From Octopus sinensis (taxonomy: Eukaryota), in the NCBI RefSeq assembly GCF_006345805.1, contig NC_043002.1, forward strand, positions 24,366,001 through 24,430,000: a stretch of 64,000 bases of DNA. Direction: 5' to 3'. Made by a program: the position numbers and the translations under genes. Every line of letters begins with the position of its first letter. Position 1 is the first letter of the stretch. The notes under the pieces are model-generated. The model made no database searches. It was not told the origin of the DNA and was given only the letters and a program-made list of their open reading frames with translations. Shown one piece after another: positions 38,754 through 50,970 of the stretch.

Positions 38754-38967
38754 TTCTATAATTATGAGTATAATTATAATTAGGGTTCTGCAAAATTTGC
38801 TTCACCACATACCAAAATTTAGAAATAGCAGTTAAACTACTATAAGATATCTACTACTATAGAAATAGCAGTTAAACTACTATAAGATATCTACTACCAT
38901 AAGATATCTCCAGTGGTGAAGCAAATTTTGCTGAACCCTAATTATAATTATACTCATAATTATAGAA
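38754..38967. repeat. MITE-like element: 55-bp inverted arms around a 40-bp tandem duplication
   Basis: Arms 38754-38808 and 38913-38967 with one mismatch; period-40 repeat starting 38821 and 38861. Confidence 0.9.
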
Positions 38968-39117
38968 CCTTTGCATAAGTTTACCAATAATGGTTCTTTT
39001 AAAAACTGAACTACTTGGTAAAAATTATTAATTATTAATTAATCAATTAATTTTACCCTTTATTATTATTATTTTATATATGTATATACACACACATATA
39101 TATACATATATATACAT

Positions 39118-39405
39118 AAACAATTGCAGCGTGGAAGATGTTTGTAAGCCATTTAAGAAACACACAAAAGCCGTTCGATTCACTTCAACATTTAAGTTTA
39201 ATTTGTCAAAATATTTTCGTCGCTAAAATCAGCGACCTCTTCACTAACAAAAATCCATGCAGCACGGATTTTTGTCAGTGAACAGGTCACGGTCTTAAAG
39301 CGACGAAAATATTTTGACAAATTAAACTTAAATATTGAAGTGAATCAAACGGCTTTTGTGTGTTTCTTAAATGGCTTACAAACACCTTCCACACTGCAAT
39401 TGTTT
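39118..39405. repeat. Whole-length palindromic (fold-back/MITE-like) element
   Basis: aaacaattgcagcgtggaag...aaaaatccatgcagcacggatttt...cttccacactgcaattgttt; complementary along essentially the full 288 nt. Confidence 0.92.
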
Positions 39406-40149
39406 TCATTTCAGCACACGATCTCAGATCAAATCACTTGTTATGCAAGTACATCTCCATAATATATATACATATATATATATATAAGGAGAATGGTTTT
39501 GAAATAATAACTTTTCTAAACAAAAGCAGGAAGCAGTTCCCTGAAAAAAAAATAAGAAACAATATTAGTCATCATCAGTTAATGATGTTTTACTCTCATT
39601 GCTTACTTAGCCCTATTTTAGCTTTTGAATATTCCCAGTGTCAAATATGCAGACATACACTTTGCTAATATTTATTATGCGGATTGTGTCATAGAATTAT
39701 TTAATATCTAAACAATTCTCTTTCCCTAAAGCAACAAATACATATTTCTTTTGTTTTGCTTACTTAATGATTCATTCGCTAAAATTTTGGCAAGTTTTGA
39801 GCAATGGCGTACTTCTGTTGATAAAGCTAAATGCAAATAGAATATGTCTAGAGTTATCTTTCATATTTCCCTCCCCACAATCATTTCTTGCAAAAGATGA
39901 AGAAATAATATTAAACATATTTTCTTCTCATTGTGTATGTTGTGTTTTGAAATTTGTAGGGAGTAATTTTGAGTAATTTTTGTGGAGGTGTAAAATCTTA
40001 TTGATTTGAATTCTTTACAAGTAAGATGAATAAACAATTTTATATATACTGATGAAAATAAATCTTATTTTTTGTCATTTGTTTATTCAATTATGCTCAT
40101 TTTACCAAGCTTGCATGCATTAAATGAATATGTTACTATGGCATTATTT

Positions 40150-40375
40150 TACGGCTGTTTGCACTTCCTGCCAAACAGAGATACCACAAGCAGCCACACC
40201 TTTAATGTAGTTCTCAGGGAGATTCAACATGGCACAGAATGTGGCAAGACTGACCCTTGAGAGGACATGAGCAATTGAAATAAAGTGTCTTGCTCAAGGA
40301 CACAATGTACTACCAGGAATTGAAATCATGACCGTGAGCCAAATACCTTAACCACTAAGCCACGTGTTTTCACAG
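40150..40375 (-). mobile_element. tRNA-derived SINE (third family; relatives near 2950-3100 and 52300-52450)
   Basis: The minus strand gives gtggcttagtggttaagg (A-box-like) ... ttcaattcctgg (B-box-like) ... ccttgagcaagacac. Confidence 0.6.
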
Positions 40376-41890
40376 CTGAAGTGTCAACCATCATACTGCT
40401 TGTTAATCATGCTTTTAGTAGAGCACAACACACACCCATGATGGGCTCTTTTAGTTTTCACCTGCCAACATTATTCACAAGGCTTTGAGCAGCTTGGGGT
40501 TATAGTAGAAGACACTTGCCTAAAGTGTTGTATTGAAAGCAAACTTCTTAATCACACAGCCATGCTTGCACCTCATATCTATATGGTTGTGTATATATAT
40601 AAGTGCTCTAATTAAAGCTTAAGTTTCCACATTGTGGGACTGAATCTGAAATCATGTGGTTGGGGAGCAGCACAGTCTATCAAGATGTATAATAGATACC
40701 ACCTCTTCCTACAGTAGTCATTATGTTGTGTTTCATTATGCAAAGCATTCTACTCCAGCTGTGATTGATCAAGATGTATAATAATAAGGTTCCATCACCA
40801 ACATCAACAACAACAATGACAAGTTAGAAAGAGTTTATATGATCATTTGCCAGAAGCTGCAGCCAAATCTTCCTCAAACATGCCTAACTATTTTATAAAT
40901 TATTTTATAAATATTGGATAAGTTAATGAAAAAAGGACTTGAGCCCATAGCCTTTGTAGGACCTCTAAGATATGTGAAATTGACTCGTTAGAAAAGTCTT
41001 TGATCATAGGTTTGCCAGTACTGTTAGAATTGACCTGGGGTTAAACTACAGCAACAGCAGTAATGGCAACTACAACAGCACTGTGAACTGATGAAAGAGC
41101 CTGTGTATGGTTGCCTGATCTGTTACAAATAACAGCCAAATCTTATTCAAATCACACTTTAAGGACACAGAAAAGGTAGCCTAAAAAGAATCAGGGGAAT
41201 CTATGATCAAAGGCTGTAAAGCCATTGATCATAGATTTACTCATATCACATCTGACCTGGGGCTAAATAACACAACATGACCCAAAGCAAGGCACTGGGC
41301 TCTACATGGTCATTTGACCTGTTAGAAATGATAGCCATATCTCCCAACTACAGTAGTTCTCAACCTGGACTCTGCAAAAGTAATACTGATGGTCTGTGAA
41401 TTTTAAAAGGTGCTGTAGCATGGAATGTATAATTAATGACATACATACAATTATTCATTTAAATATATTGCTAAATTAAGACATGAAACTGGGAAAACAA
41501 GTTTGCTATTAGTCAATAAAATTATTATTCAGTAAACATGCATCAAAAGCCAAAGAAATGTGGGAAAATTTATTTAAACAAAAGAACTCCTTGGGAACCA
41601 CTGCTCTACAATATCAAAAACGGAAAAAGACATATGTATCCAGGATGATGTATCCTGGAAACTTTATATCTTACACAAAAACAGAAAGATACTCTTTGAG
41701 TGCCTTTCAGCATAGATTTATCCAATCCGCGTTAATCTAGGATTAAACAACAATAAGGGTTCAAATAAAGACATGAGTAGAGGGACCAATTTTTTACACT
41801 CTAAGGGTTAAGTATAAGTGCATAAAATTGTGGGGATATAAGAGTAGAAAAGAATATCTATCTATCTATCTATCTATTATATATATATAA

Positions 41891-42277
41891 ACTAGCAGTA
41901 TCGCCCGGCGTTGCTTGGGTTTGTAAGGGAAATAACTATATAAGCATTTTTAGAGATGTAAAGTATAATAGCCATCTCAATATGGCTAACCACAAAGGGG
42001 GAGGGGTGTTACTGTAGCTTTTTACGTTCTGAGATTTAATAAATTTTTAGAGAGTTACTTCCCTTATATATGCCAAAAATGCATTAAAAATGAGAAAAAT
42101 TGATGGTAAATTTTTTTTTAAATCGTAGACGCACGCTAATAACCAGAAGGGCTCGATATGAATCACGACTATAAGATACCCGGTTTTGGTTAAACTGCAC
42201 CGCAAAATGTGGGAGTAGTTAGGAATCTAAATCGTAGGAGACAGACAGCACACAACCTCACTTTTATATATAAAGAT
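41891..42277 (+). mobile_element. Non-autonomous Helitron/Helentron-like element
   Basis: 5' actagcagtatcgcccggcgttgcttgggt (short hairpin) and 3' acagacagcacacaacctcacttttatatataaagat; no TIR or TSD. This matches the general architecture of HINE/Lep1-like elements. Confidence 0.6.
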
Positions 42278-43165
42278 ATATTAAAGGGAGACAATCCAGA
42301 TGGTAGCTATAGATAAACATGACCCGAACTGTTTATGATATTAAATTAAAAATATTTCGTATGGTTGACCATGGTAGATGTTGTAATCAATAGGTAGAAA
42401 ATTGGATAAAGTCCCCTGTGATATTCAGTTACGTCCATTTATATTCTGAGTTCCCATAAAAAATAATTGCCTATATCTACCCTACTATATCTACCCATTG
42501 TGGTGCACCTGAGCACTGTATACAATAATTTCATTATATTATATATATAATCTCCCGCATTCTCTACATGAATAAAAAAAAATACTTCTAATTTATCATC
42601 TAGTTAGGAAGTAGTTTTGTGTGTTGTTTAGCCAGCCATAATCAACTAGACCTATGATCAAAGTAATTCCAGTATGATTACTCATTATTTTTTTAGACAC
42701 AATGCATCTAGGACTACATAATCAAAATGTATGTTTTTTTTCAAGACAGTAAGGTGTAGTATGAAGAAAAGTTGGCTGATGACGCAGGATAGCAAAATCA
42801 AAGGAGCAACGAAAACCTTGTGCTGTTTAGTTACGTCCCTTTATGTGCTGCATTTGAACCTTGCCAAGTTCAGATTTAGTTTTCATTCATCCGGAGTCAA
42901 TAAAGCAATTACCAGTCAAGTTCCGAGGTTGATTAAATAGGCTAAATTTCTTTCCAAAATTTGTGGCCTTGAGCCAAAGTTAAAAAATCTATATATCTCA
43001 TTGCTTGAGAGAAGTGGCAATAGCAGAAATAGTAATACATTTGAGAATTCCAATAGGCTGTGAACCTATAGACTATAACTAAAATATGAGCTCTTTCACA
43101 AAGCTATGGCAATAAGGAATTAAACTGGGTAGTGTGATACAAAGCCTACACTAAAAATTAACAAT

Positions 43166-43511
43166 CGCAGGCATGGCTGTGTAGTAAGAAGTTTCTTCTT
43201 AAACACATGGTTCCAGGTTCAGTCCCACTGCATGACACCTTGGGCAAGTGTCTTCCACTATAGCCTCGGGCCAACCAAATCCTTGTGAGTAGATTTGATA
43301 GACAGAAACTGAAAGAAGCCTGTTGTATATGTGTGTGTCACCTCATCTCTGCTTGACAACTGGTGTTGGTGTGTTTATGTCTCCATAACTTAGTGGTTTG
43401 GCAAAATAGACTGATAGAATAAGTACTAGGCTTAAGAAAATAAGTCCTGAGGTCAAGGCAGTGCTCCAGCATGGCCACAGTCAAAATGACAGAAACAAGT
43501 AAAAGAATAAA
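43166..43511 (+). mobile_element. tRNA-derived SINE
   Basis: cgcaggcatggctgtgtagtaag (A-box-like), ggttcagtccc (B-box-like), body ttgggcaagtgtcttccactatagcc... Copies at 57715-58018(-), 19600-19690, 20460-20680 and 22020-22160(-). Confidence 0.8.
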
Positions 43512-46419
43512 TGACTATGCCTTGAAGGCATCCAAGATACAGTCACCCATTTTAACACTATCAACAAAGTGAACTCTACAAAAGGTACTGAAGGTGCCTT
43601 TTGTAGAGTCCACTTTGTTGCAAGCATTTGGGCCAGGCTGCCGGTTTGAAAATTCTTTCCTTCTTTCCAGCCAGCAGTCTTGAAGACTTCTCTTGACTTA
43701 ACAGATTTTAAAAAATGGGTATTTGCCTTTTTCTTTGTGATGGAGGTTTGATAAGATAAGTACCAGGTATGTACTAAAATTTACTCAGTCAACTTAACAC
43801 TTTCCTACAAATTTCTAGATTCAAGCCCATGTTAAGAACTACCATTTTTCATACTTTAATTGTAGAATACCTGACCTTATATTATTTCGTTGTTCCTCCT
43901 TACATTCTGAATTCAAATCCTGCCAATGTCAACTTAGTCCTTCTTTCTTTCCAGGGTCTATAAAATGAAGTGCTGCATCAAGTATTGCCAATGATTTAAT
44001 CAACTAAAATTTCTCGATTCCTCAAATCTGTCATAGTTAGAAGCTGGCATTTTCCCTTGTTTTCAGGATAGTGGAGATGATTGGATTGGACTGATAAATT
44101 TTTGGACAAAATTCAATTGACCATATAATTTTGATTTTGTAGATTTTGGGAGCATATCCTAGAAGTGTGTATATTATTATCTAAGCAGTTACAAAACAGG
44201 AGGATGAGAGCCCTACTTTCTTGAATGTAAGAAACTCTCTTCCTCAGACAAAAAAAGGTGGGGAAAATGTGTTTTAACAGTAAACCATCAAAATCTCTCT
44301 GTTCTGCTATTCCCCACTTTGGAACTAACAATACAAATCCCTTCCACACAGCTGTAGAGCTTCACCCACCTCCTTCTTAGAACTAATCCATGTTAGAAAG
44401 AAGAGAATGTTGCTTACCAAAGGAGAGCATGCATGAAAGAAAGGAAGGAGAGAAATAAAGAGAACTATTTATATAAATTAGACATCCGAATTGTTTGGGC
44501 CATGGATATCAAAGTGAGCTCAACATCGGGCAAGTTTTCAAGTTTCTCAAGAATTGAATTGTTAAAAAGTTGCAGAAATGCCACGAAACTGAGTGAGAGA
44601 CTAACACTGAGAGTGTAAACTAACTTAGGGAAGTTAAATAAATCCTAAGAATTAAAAAAAAAATAGCATTGATGTTTTTTAAGTAATTTTTAAGTTCAGC
44701 CATTAGAAAGAAAGGTGGGTTCAAAGCAAGATAGGAAATTGAGGTTCTGAAGAAAACTATGTCAACAGAAGTGGAACTTAAATGGAGGGGAAGAATTCAG
44801 TGTGTGTGTGTGTGCCTGACGTTGTGAAGACAAATGGTTGAATATCTAAAGTGTCTAAGAGTGAGAATGTTAAATTTGTAGGCACTGAGCCATAAGCTGA
44901 GAGTACAAACATTTAGATATTATTTCTTTACAGAAATATAATGTCTGTAATAGCTGGGTATAAATTGTCAATTTTCTTCTCAAGGTTGAGTTTGTAACTC
45001 CTCATATTTCAAGGCAGCCCTAATTGACAAGGTATGTTTTCAAAGATGTTCTAACATTGATTCCTTGTCCTTTTTTTTTAGACATAATGCATCTGAGAGT
45101 ATATAGTATGTTTCTTTTATTAAAACAGCAGTGCATGATTTAAGGTAAATATGGTACCTATTCTAGCAAGGCAAACAATCCAGTAGCGGCCATCTTGTTA
45201 GTTTGACTGTTAGGATATAACCAAAGTAGCAATTACTACCAGTTTTCTATGTTTTTATTTTCTTTTTTATGCTAAAAAACATATGTATTTGTTTTGTATA
45301 ATGTTTGAAGAACACAACAATGCAATTTCATATTCTAAAATAAATTCTAAAGTTCCTAAAATAGAATTAAATAGGGGTGTAGTAGTAGTAGTAGTAGTAG
45401 CAGCAGCAGCAGGTGTTGTTGTTGTTTAAGCCCCAGACCAACCCTGATGAAGCTTAGTTCCTTATGACTGATTAACGACTCCAATGAAGACCATTTTTTT
45501 TTTCATTTGTGAATCAAACCTCTGATGAAGGATGTTCAATTGAGACTATTCTTTATCTTTCAGAGTTAGAGTATTGAGTATCTTTCCATTTTTAAGGTAC
45601 TGAGGTGTGATTTTCAGAGAAATTTGGTTGGTATTTCCAGCAAGTTGTGCAATTGCATAGAGCAATATTCATTATGAGGGAGAGGGGTATATTTCAATGA
45701 GGGGTGGGGGCGTGCGGATTGAAAAGGGGGCTGATAAATTGCCATGTTGAGTAAAATTTTTATTTTCATATATCACATATAAACATGTACATCTCTTAGA
45801 ACATTGCCATTTTATAAGATTTTGCTGGTAAAATTTAGATGATTTTCCAATTTTTAAAACTAGTCAACATCATTAATAAAGAGAAAAAGACGCGTCAAAA
45901 TGTTGAACTAATATTAGAGATGAGAGAGGGTGGGGTCTAGTATTTACCAGTCCGAGAGCTGCTGGTGGAGAGTTTCCCTCCTTGACTCAAAATAAAGACA
46001 TCAGGGGCTTTTCTACAAAATCTATATATCGTACCTTCCTGATCATGATTATCTCCCTTGCAAGCAGGGACACCATTAACGATAAAATTGTATTGGTGAT
46101 AACTAATTTTCGTGTGACACGATGTAGCTTATGTTTAATCAAACCTGCTAAAGCAAAATGAATAAAATGTTTAGTACTACCTCTGAATATTTAAAAAATT
46201 TCATCGAAATGGTTGATAATTACCCAAAGTCACTAACTATTATCATACTGTTTAGCTTGACAAAATCGGAAATTATGTACCTTGAATAACGTTAAGAGTT
46301 ATTTCCCCTTCCATCTCTCCCTAGTGTGTGTGTGTGTGTGTAGTTGTCTAACAATCCATAAGTCATATATATTCACGATATTGATATCTTAAAGAAACTT
46401 CATTCACTTTTGGTAGCTT

Positions 46420-46830
46420 TGTCCAAGAGGAACTGATGTTAATCAGATGCTATCCAAGGACCACTGGATGTTTTGATCCTGAACTGTGACACTCTCCCGT
46501 TTTTGGTTTGCAATGATATCCAAATCACTGCTCATCATCTCCTCAGAGCATCCTGCTTAATTCTTCTCTCTTATTCCATAACCAGCAAGCGGCTCTTCCC
46601 ATTGTCTCTCCCAGCCTCTACTCAGCTACCTTTTGTTCTTTACCTCTTATTCCAATGGCTGTAATCATTCCAAATACTGACTGGGCAGGAAATCCCCTAC
46701 ACCAGTCCTTGACTGGGAATAGCTATGACTGCCACCCCTTCTCCCTACAATCTCATTTAATCTAGACTCCTTAGGATACTAGCTCCACAGCTCTTAACCT
46801 TATTCTTTCTTCCTCTGGGTACTGTACATC
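46420..46830 (-). mobile_element. Possible restriction-like-endonuclease (HERO-like) non-LTR element, C-terminal relic
   Basis: The minus strand reads DCREKGWQS*LFPVKDWCRGFPAQSV...GIRGKEQKVAE*RLGETMGRAACWLW, resembling the C..GW....PVEVGCRGF motif. Confidence 0.5.
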
Positions 46831-47519
46831 TATCTGGATCATGGCTCTCACTGTCTTGACACCTGCCTTTTTCTATTGTTGGAAATGGTACAAACCAAAA
46901 CACTACTGTCTTGTGCTTGTAATTCCAACGATGTTGCTTACCTTCAGCATAGTTTCAGCCTGTGCAACAGTGGTGCTGACTACACACTTGTGTCCTGAAC
47001 TTGTAGTGATACTTGCATGCCGGACACACTCAGCCTGGGAGTCCGTGTATGTTATTACAACTCTACATTTTTCTTCCTTGAATTTCTCCACCATAGATGA
47101 CAAAGGGAGTTGGAGTCATCCAGTTCTTATGTACAGGCCTACTGAAGTATAACTAAGAGAAATACCCAACTATTTTTGAAGCTATTTGTATACTTTCCTC
47201 ACCATTCCTCCTATATTTTTGTCATTGGAACCTCACACACTTGAACAATCCATCTTGGTAGAGCTATGTGTACGGGTGCATATCAATATCTATTTCTATA
47301 CCTACCTACCTACCTACCGACCTGCCTACCTACCTACCTACCGACCTGCCTACCTACCTACCTACCTACCTAACCACCCACCAACCTACCCACCTACCCA
47401 TACTTCTTCTAACAGTGAAGCAACTTGGCAGAGGTTTGAGGATATTGACACCAATCATTCATCCATTTGGTTCTCATTGTGCATTGTGGTACTTGAAGCG
47501 ACAGCAAGATCATTCCATC

Positions 47520-48190
47520 TTCTAACACTGAAAGTGTCCTTGACAGCTTCTTTCATTGTTAACCTTCTGCTTTAAAGATCTTTTGTTATTGTTCTATGTT
47601 ACGTTTCCTTTGGTTGGCCATGTCTTCTTTTACCTTATGGAACCCATTGCAAAGTGATCCTGACAATTCAGTTCAGTTTATAGTAACAAACTCAACCTAG
47701 TCATTTCCATCTCCTTGCTTCAATAGTTTCTCTTATTGGTTTCACATTAGCTTTGGTATATAGTTGGCTATTTGAGATCATATTTGGCCAATAAACCTTC
47801 AAAACTTTTTGCAAACATTTATTTTGAAACCCCTCCAATCTCTTTTCAATACTTCTGGTTGTTTTCCAACATTTGGATCCATAGAGGGGCACGCGAAGTA
47901 TATTGCTTTTGTAAAATCATATTTTAGTGCTCATGCTAAATACTGATGATTTCCATATTGAGTTCAGCACACCGAATGATTGGGTAGCTTTGCTGATTCT
48001 TGTATTTATTTCATGAATGCAGTCTCCTTCCATTGTTATTTTGGTGCCTAGTAGTTAAATTTGTCAACATTTGCAATTGGTTTGTCATTCAAAGTCACAT
48101 GGTCAGCATCTGTTATATTTTTAAAAAGAGTGTACGTTTTCTTCTTGTTGATTTTGAGACCTATGGTATTGGCTATTGACACCAATACAT
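47520..48190 (-). mobile_element. Decayed RTE LINE, ORF2 C-terminal region
   Basis: PLYGSKCWKTTRSIEKRLEGFQNKCLQKVLKVYWPNMISN...RRWK. Confidence 0.8.
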
Positions 48191-48199
48191 GTCTAAAAT

Positions 48200-49282
48200 A
48201 CATTCCAACAAAACTCATTAGCCAAACAGAAGTAGGCTCCCAAGAGACAAAAGAAACACACTTATCAAGAAACTCAAAATACTTAAATATCCACCAATTA
48301 AAATACCACGATCAACAGCAATAAGAGCACTTTAGCTGAAAAACTATCATCTGTGGAACAGCATAAAAGCATACATCAACAACCAAAAGACTGCAGAGGA
48401 ATACTGGGTTATTAAAAGAAAAATCAAACACAACTTTTTCCCATTGGTCCACTGATATGCTAGAATAACATTCTCCACCATGATACTAAAGAAATGGCAG
48501 ATGTTCTGCAGAAATAATATTGCTCTGTCTTCAGTGATGCCACAGAGCTTGACTTTGGCTATTTCAATGATGTCAATCTCACCACTCCTGACAACATAAC
48601 TTTCACTGCTTCAGATATCATTGTCCTTTTAGCTAAACAATACCAAACATTATTGTGTAGTAGGCCATGATAAATTCCCTGCAAGTGTTCTGAAGAAGTG
48701 CAAATGTGAACTTGCATTTTCTCAAATTAACCTCTTGAGAAAATCTTTTGACTCAATCTATATAGTCAAACATTCCTCATTCCAATCTGTTATACCAATC
48801 TTCAAAATAAGGAAATAGGCCACCTGCAGTAAACAATTGCCCGATCTCATTCACCTTTCATATTACCAAAGTATGTGAAAGAGTAGTGAACTCAAGAATA
48901 ACTGGCTTCGTGGAAAGTAACCAACTCCTAAATTCCAACCAGTACGGTTTTTGTTGAGGCAGAGATTGCCTAATACACCTTCTACATCATTTTGATGACA
49001 CCCTTAAAGTTTTAGGAAAGTGTTTGAACTTTGTTGACTTTGACCACAATATTCTATTGTTAAAACTGTTTAATATTGGAATCCATGGAACATTGCTGCA
49101 ATGGATCAAATATATGCTGTTGAACATGACCCAACATATTGTGATCAACAGAATCCACTGAAGCCCAGCAAAAGTCACCAGTTGGGTTCCTCAAGGGACT
49201 ATGTTAGGCTCACTTCTCTTTATTGTGTATGTAAATGACATTTCAAATGTCATCTAGCTCAGCAAAATAAAAATATTCACAG

Positions 49283-49323
<41 letters not shown>

Positions 49324-50970
49324 TGTGTACAGTGCTCAGGTGCACTACAACTCATCTAAAGTGTATATATAATCAGGTGTAGTTTCGGCGGATTTCGGAA
49401 AGCATGAGGGCCTTAAAAGATGCAGTGTCATGGCAGTCAACAACTGACGCAGGCAGTTTATTCCATGCTTCAGCAACTCTGAGCGTGAAAAAATGTTTCC
49501 GAAAGTCATGGGAGCTGTATTGTTTTCTGACTTTGTAGGCATGTCCACGTGTGTTAGACACATGGAGATCAAAAAGGTGTTCAGTGTTGTTGTTGGTGAG
49601 GTGGTTGATAACTTTGTGGGTGTTTACCAAGTCCGTCGCCAAACGCCGGAGCTTCAGTGAATCCATGCCCAGGGAAACAAGGCGCTCAGAATATGGTAGG
49701 TGTCTGATGGAGGGTATGCGTTTGGTTGCACGTCTCTGGACAGATTCCAGGAGGTCAATGTTCTGAGCAAGATAGGGGTTCCAAACTGATGATGCGAATT
49801 CCAAGTGTGGTCGTACCATAGCTGTATACAGTTTTAAATAGATGGCTGGAGAGCGGCTAACAAAAGACCTGCTGAGTGATGCCAAGACACCCTCGGCCTT
49901 CCTGACAATCTTAGAGATATGCTTTGACCAACGCAAATCACTGCTGACAGTGATGCCTAGGTCACGCTCGCAAGAGGATTTCTTGATATCAGTGTTGTGG
50001 AGGGAGTATGTGAACGCAGGGTTTTTTCTCCCAAAATGCATGGTGGTACACTTGTCCACAGCCAGTTTCAGTTGCCAGTCTGTGATCCATTGCTGCATTG
50101 TGTCTAAGTCTGATTGCAGGAAAGAGTTGTAGACATCAGGATCTGTCCTCTTGATTTCAAGGTACAGCTTGATGTCGTCTGCATATTTCAATACTGTGGC
50201 ATTCTTTAAATTGGCATCTATGTCGTTAATGTATGCCACAAACAAGAGGGGACCAAGGACAGATCCCTGTGGTACACCTGATGACATCTCATATGGTGTA
50301 GAGTGCTGTCCTAGAACTGTGACTACCTCCTTTCGGCTGAGGATGAAGGATTTCAACCAGTTAAAAAGGTCATCCCCCACACCCATTGCAGAGAGTTTCA
50401 CCATAAGCCTTTTGTGTGGCACAGAGTTGAAAGCCTTAGCAAAGTCAAGGTAGACAACATCCACCCATGAGCCACTGTCAATAATCTGAGTAATGTCCTC
50501 AAGGAACTCGACAAGCTGGTCACTGCAGCTGGACCCAAGCTTCAAAAACTTATTAACAGAGAAGCCCAAATAAAACTCCAGTCTCATCTACAAGCTGCAA
50601 GTCAATGGGTAGAGAGGAACAACTTGCTGCTAAATGTGGGAAAATTAGAGAACTTATGCATTTTGAAAAAGCGAGTGTGCTTGAATATTCATATTCTCTT
50701 TCTTCAGGAGAAATATGCATGGCATCCAACAACATCAGAGCAATTGTTAACAGTAACCTCTGCTAGAGTACTTACATAAAAAATGAAGTTGATATACTTG
50801 CAAAAATGAGTTCCTGGATTCTCAGAACTTTCTGGCCCAGAGAGCCAGATGTTATAATCCCCCTTTTCACCTCTTTTGTATGGTCACATCTAGAATACTT
50901 TTAGTTCTGTGGTTTCCACATACCAAACAAAATATTATGTGAATTGAGGCAGCACAGAGAGCAATTACTA
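48200..50970 (+). mobile_element. Old decayed CR1/L2/jockey-type LINE RT, split by a younger insertion
   Basis: GHDKFPASVLKKCKCELA ... VTSWVPQGTMLGSLLFIVYVNDI ... KIFTD, then the insertion, then KLINREAQIKLQSHLQAASQWVERNNLLLNVGK ... WILRTFWPRE. Confidence 0.78.
49373..50540 (-). CDS. Reverse transcriptase (CR1-clade LINE ORF2, C-terminal ~390 aa) of a young 5'-truncated insertion spanning ~49284-50540
   Basis: Uninterrupted ORF with YLDFAKAFNSVPH, GVPQGSVLGPLLF, YADDIKLY, VRPHLEFASSVWNP and AWNKLP, followed by a short 3'UTR and an (ATT)n tail. The N-terminal ~15 aa of the ORF-track call come from flanking DNA. Confidence 0.95.

Noticed and set aside
43671-43718. 48-nt exon-like segment (ttctttccag|PAVLKTSLDLTDFKKW|gtattt) on plus
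   Set aside because: The peptide resembles a LINE ORF2 C-terminus (LP....S.DL..FK) and no partner exons were found. Not fully excluded without RNA-seq.
50541-50587. N-terminus of the 404-aa ORF as a real start
   Set aside because: It reads into the antisense strand of the older LINE; the element is 5'-truncated and lacks the endonuclease.
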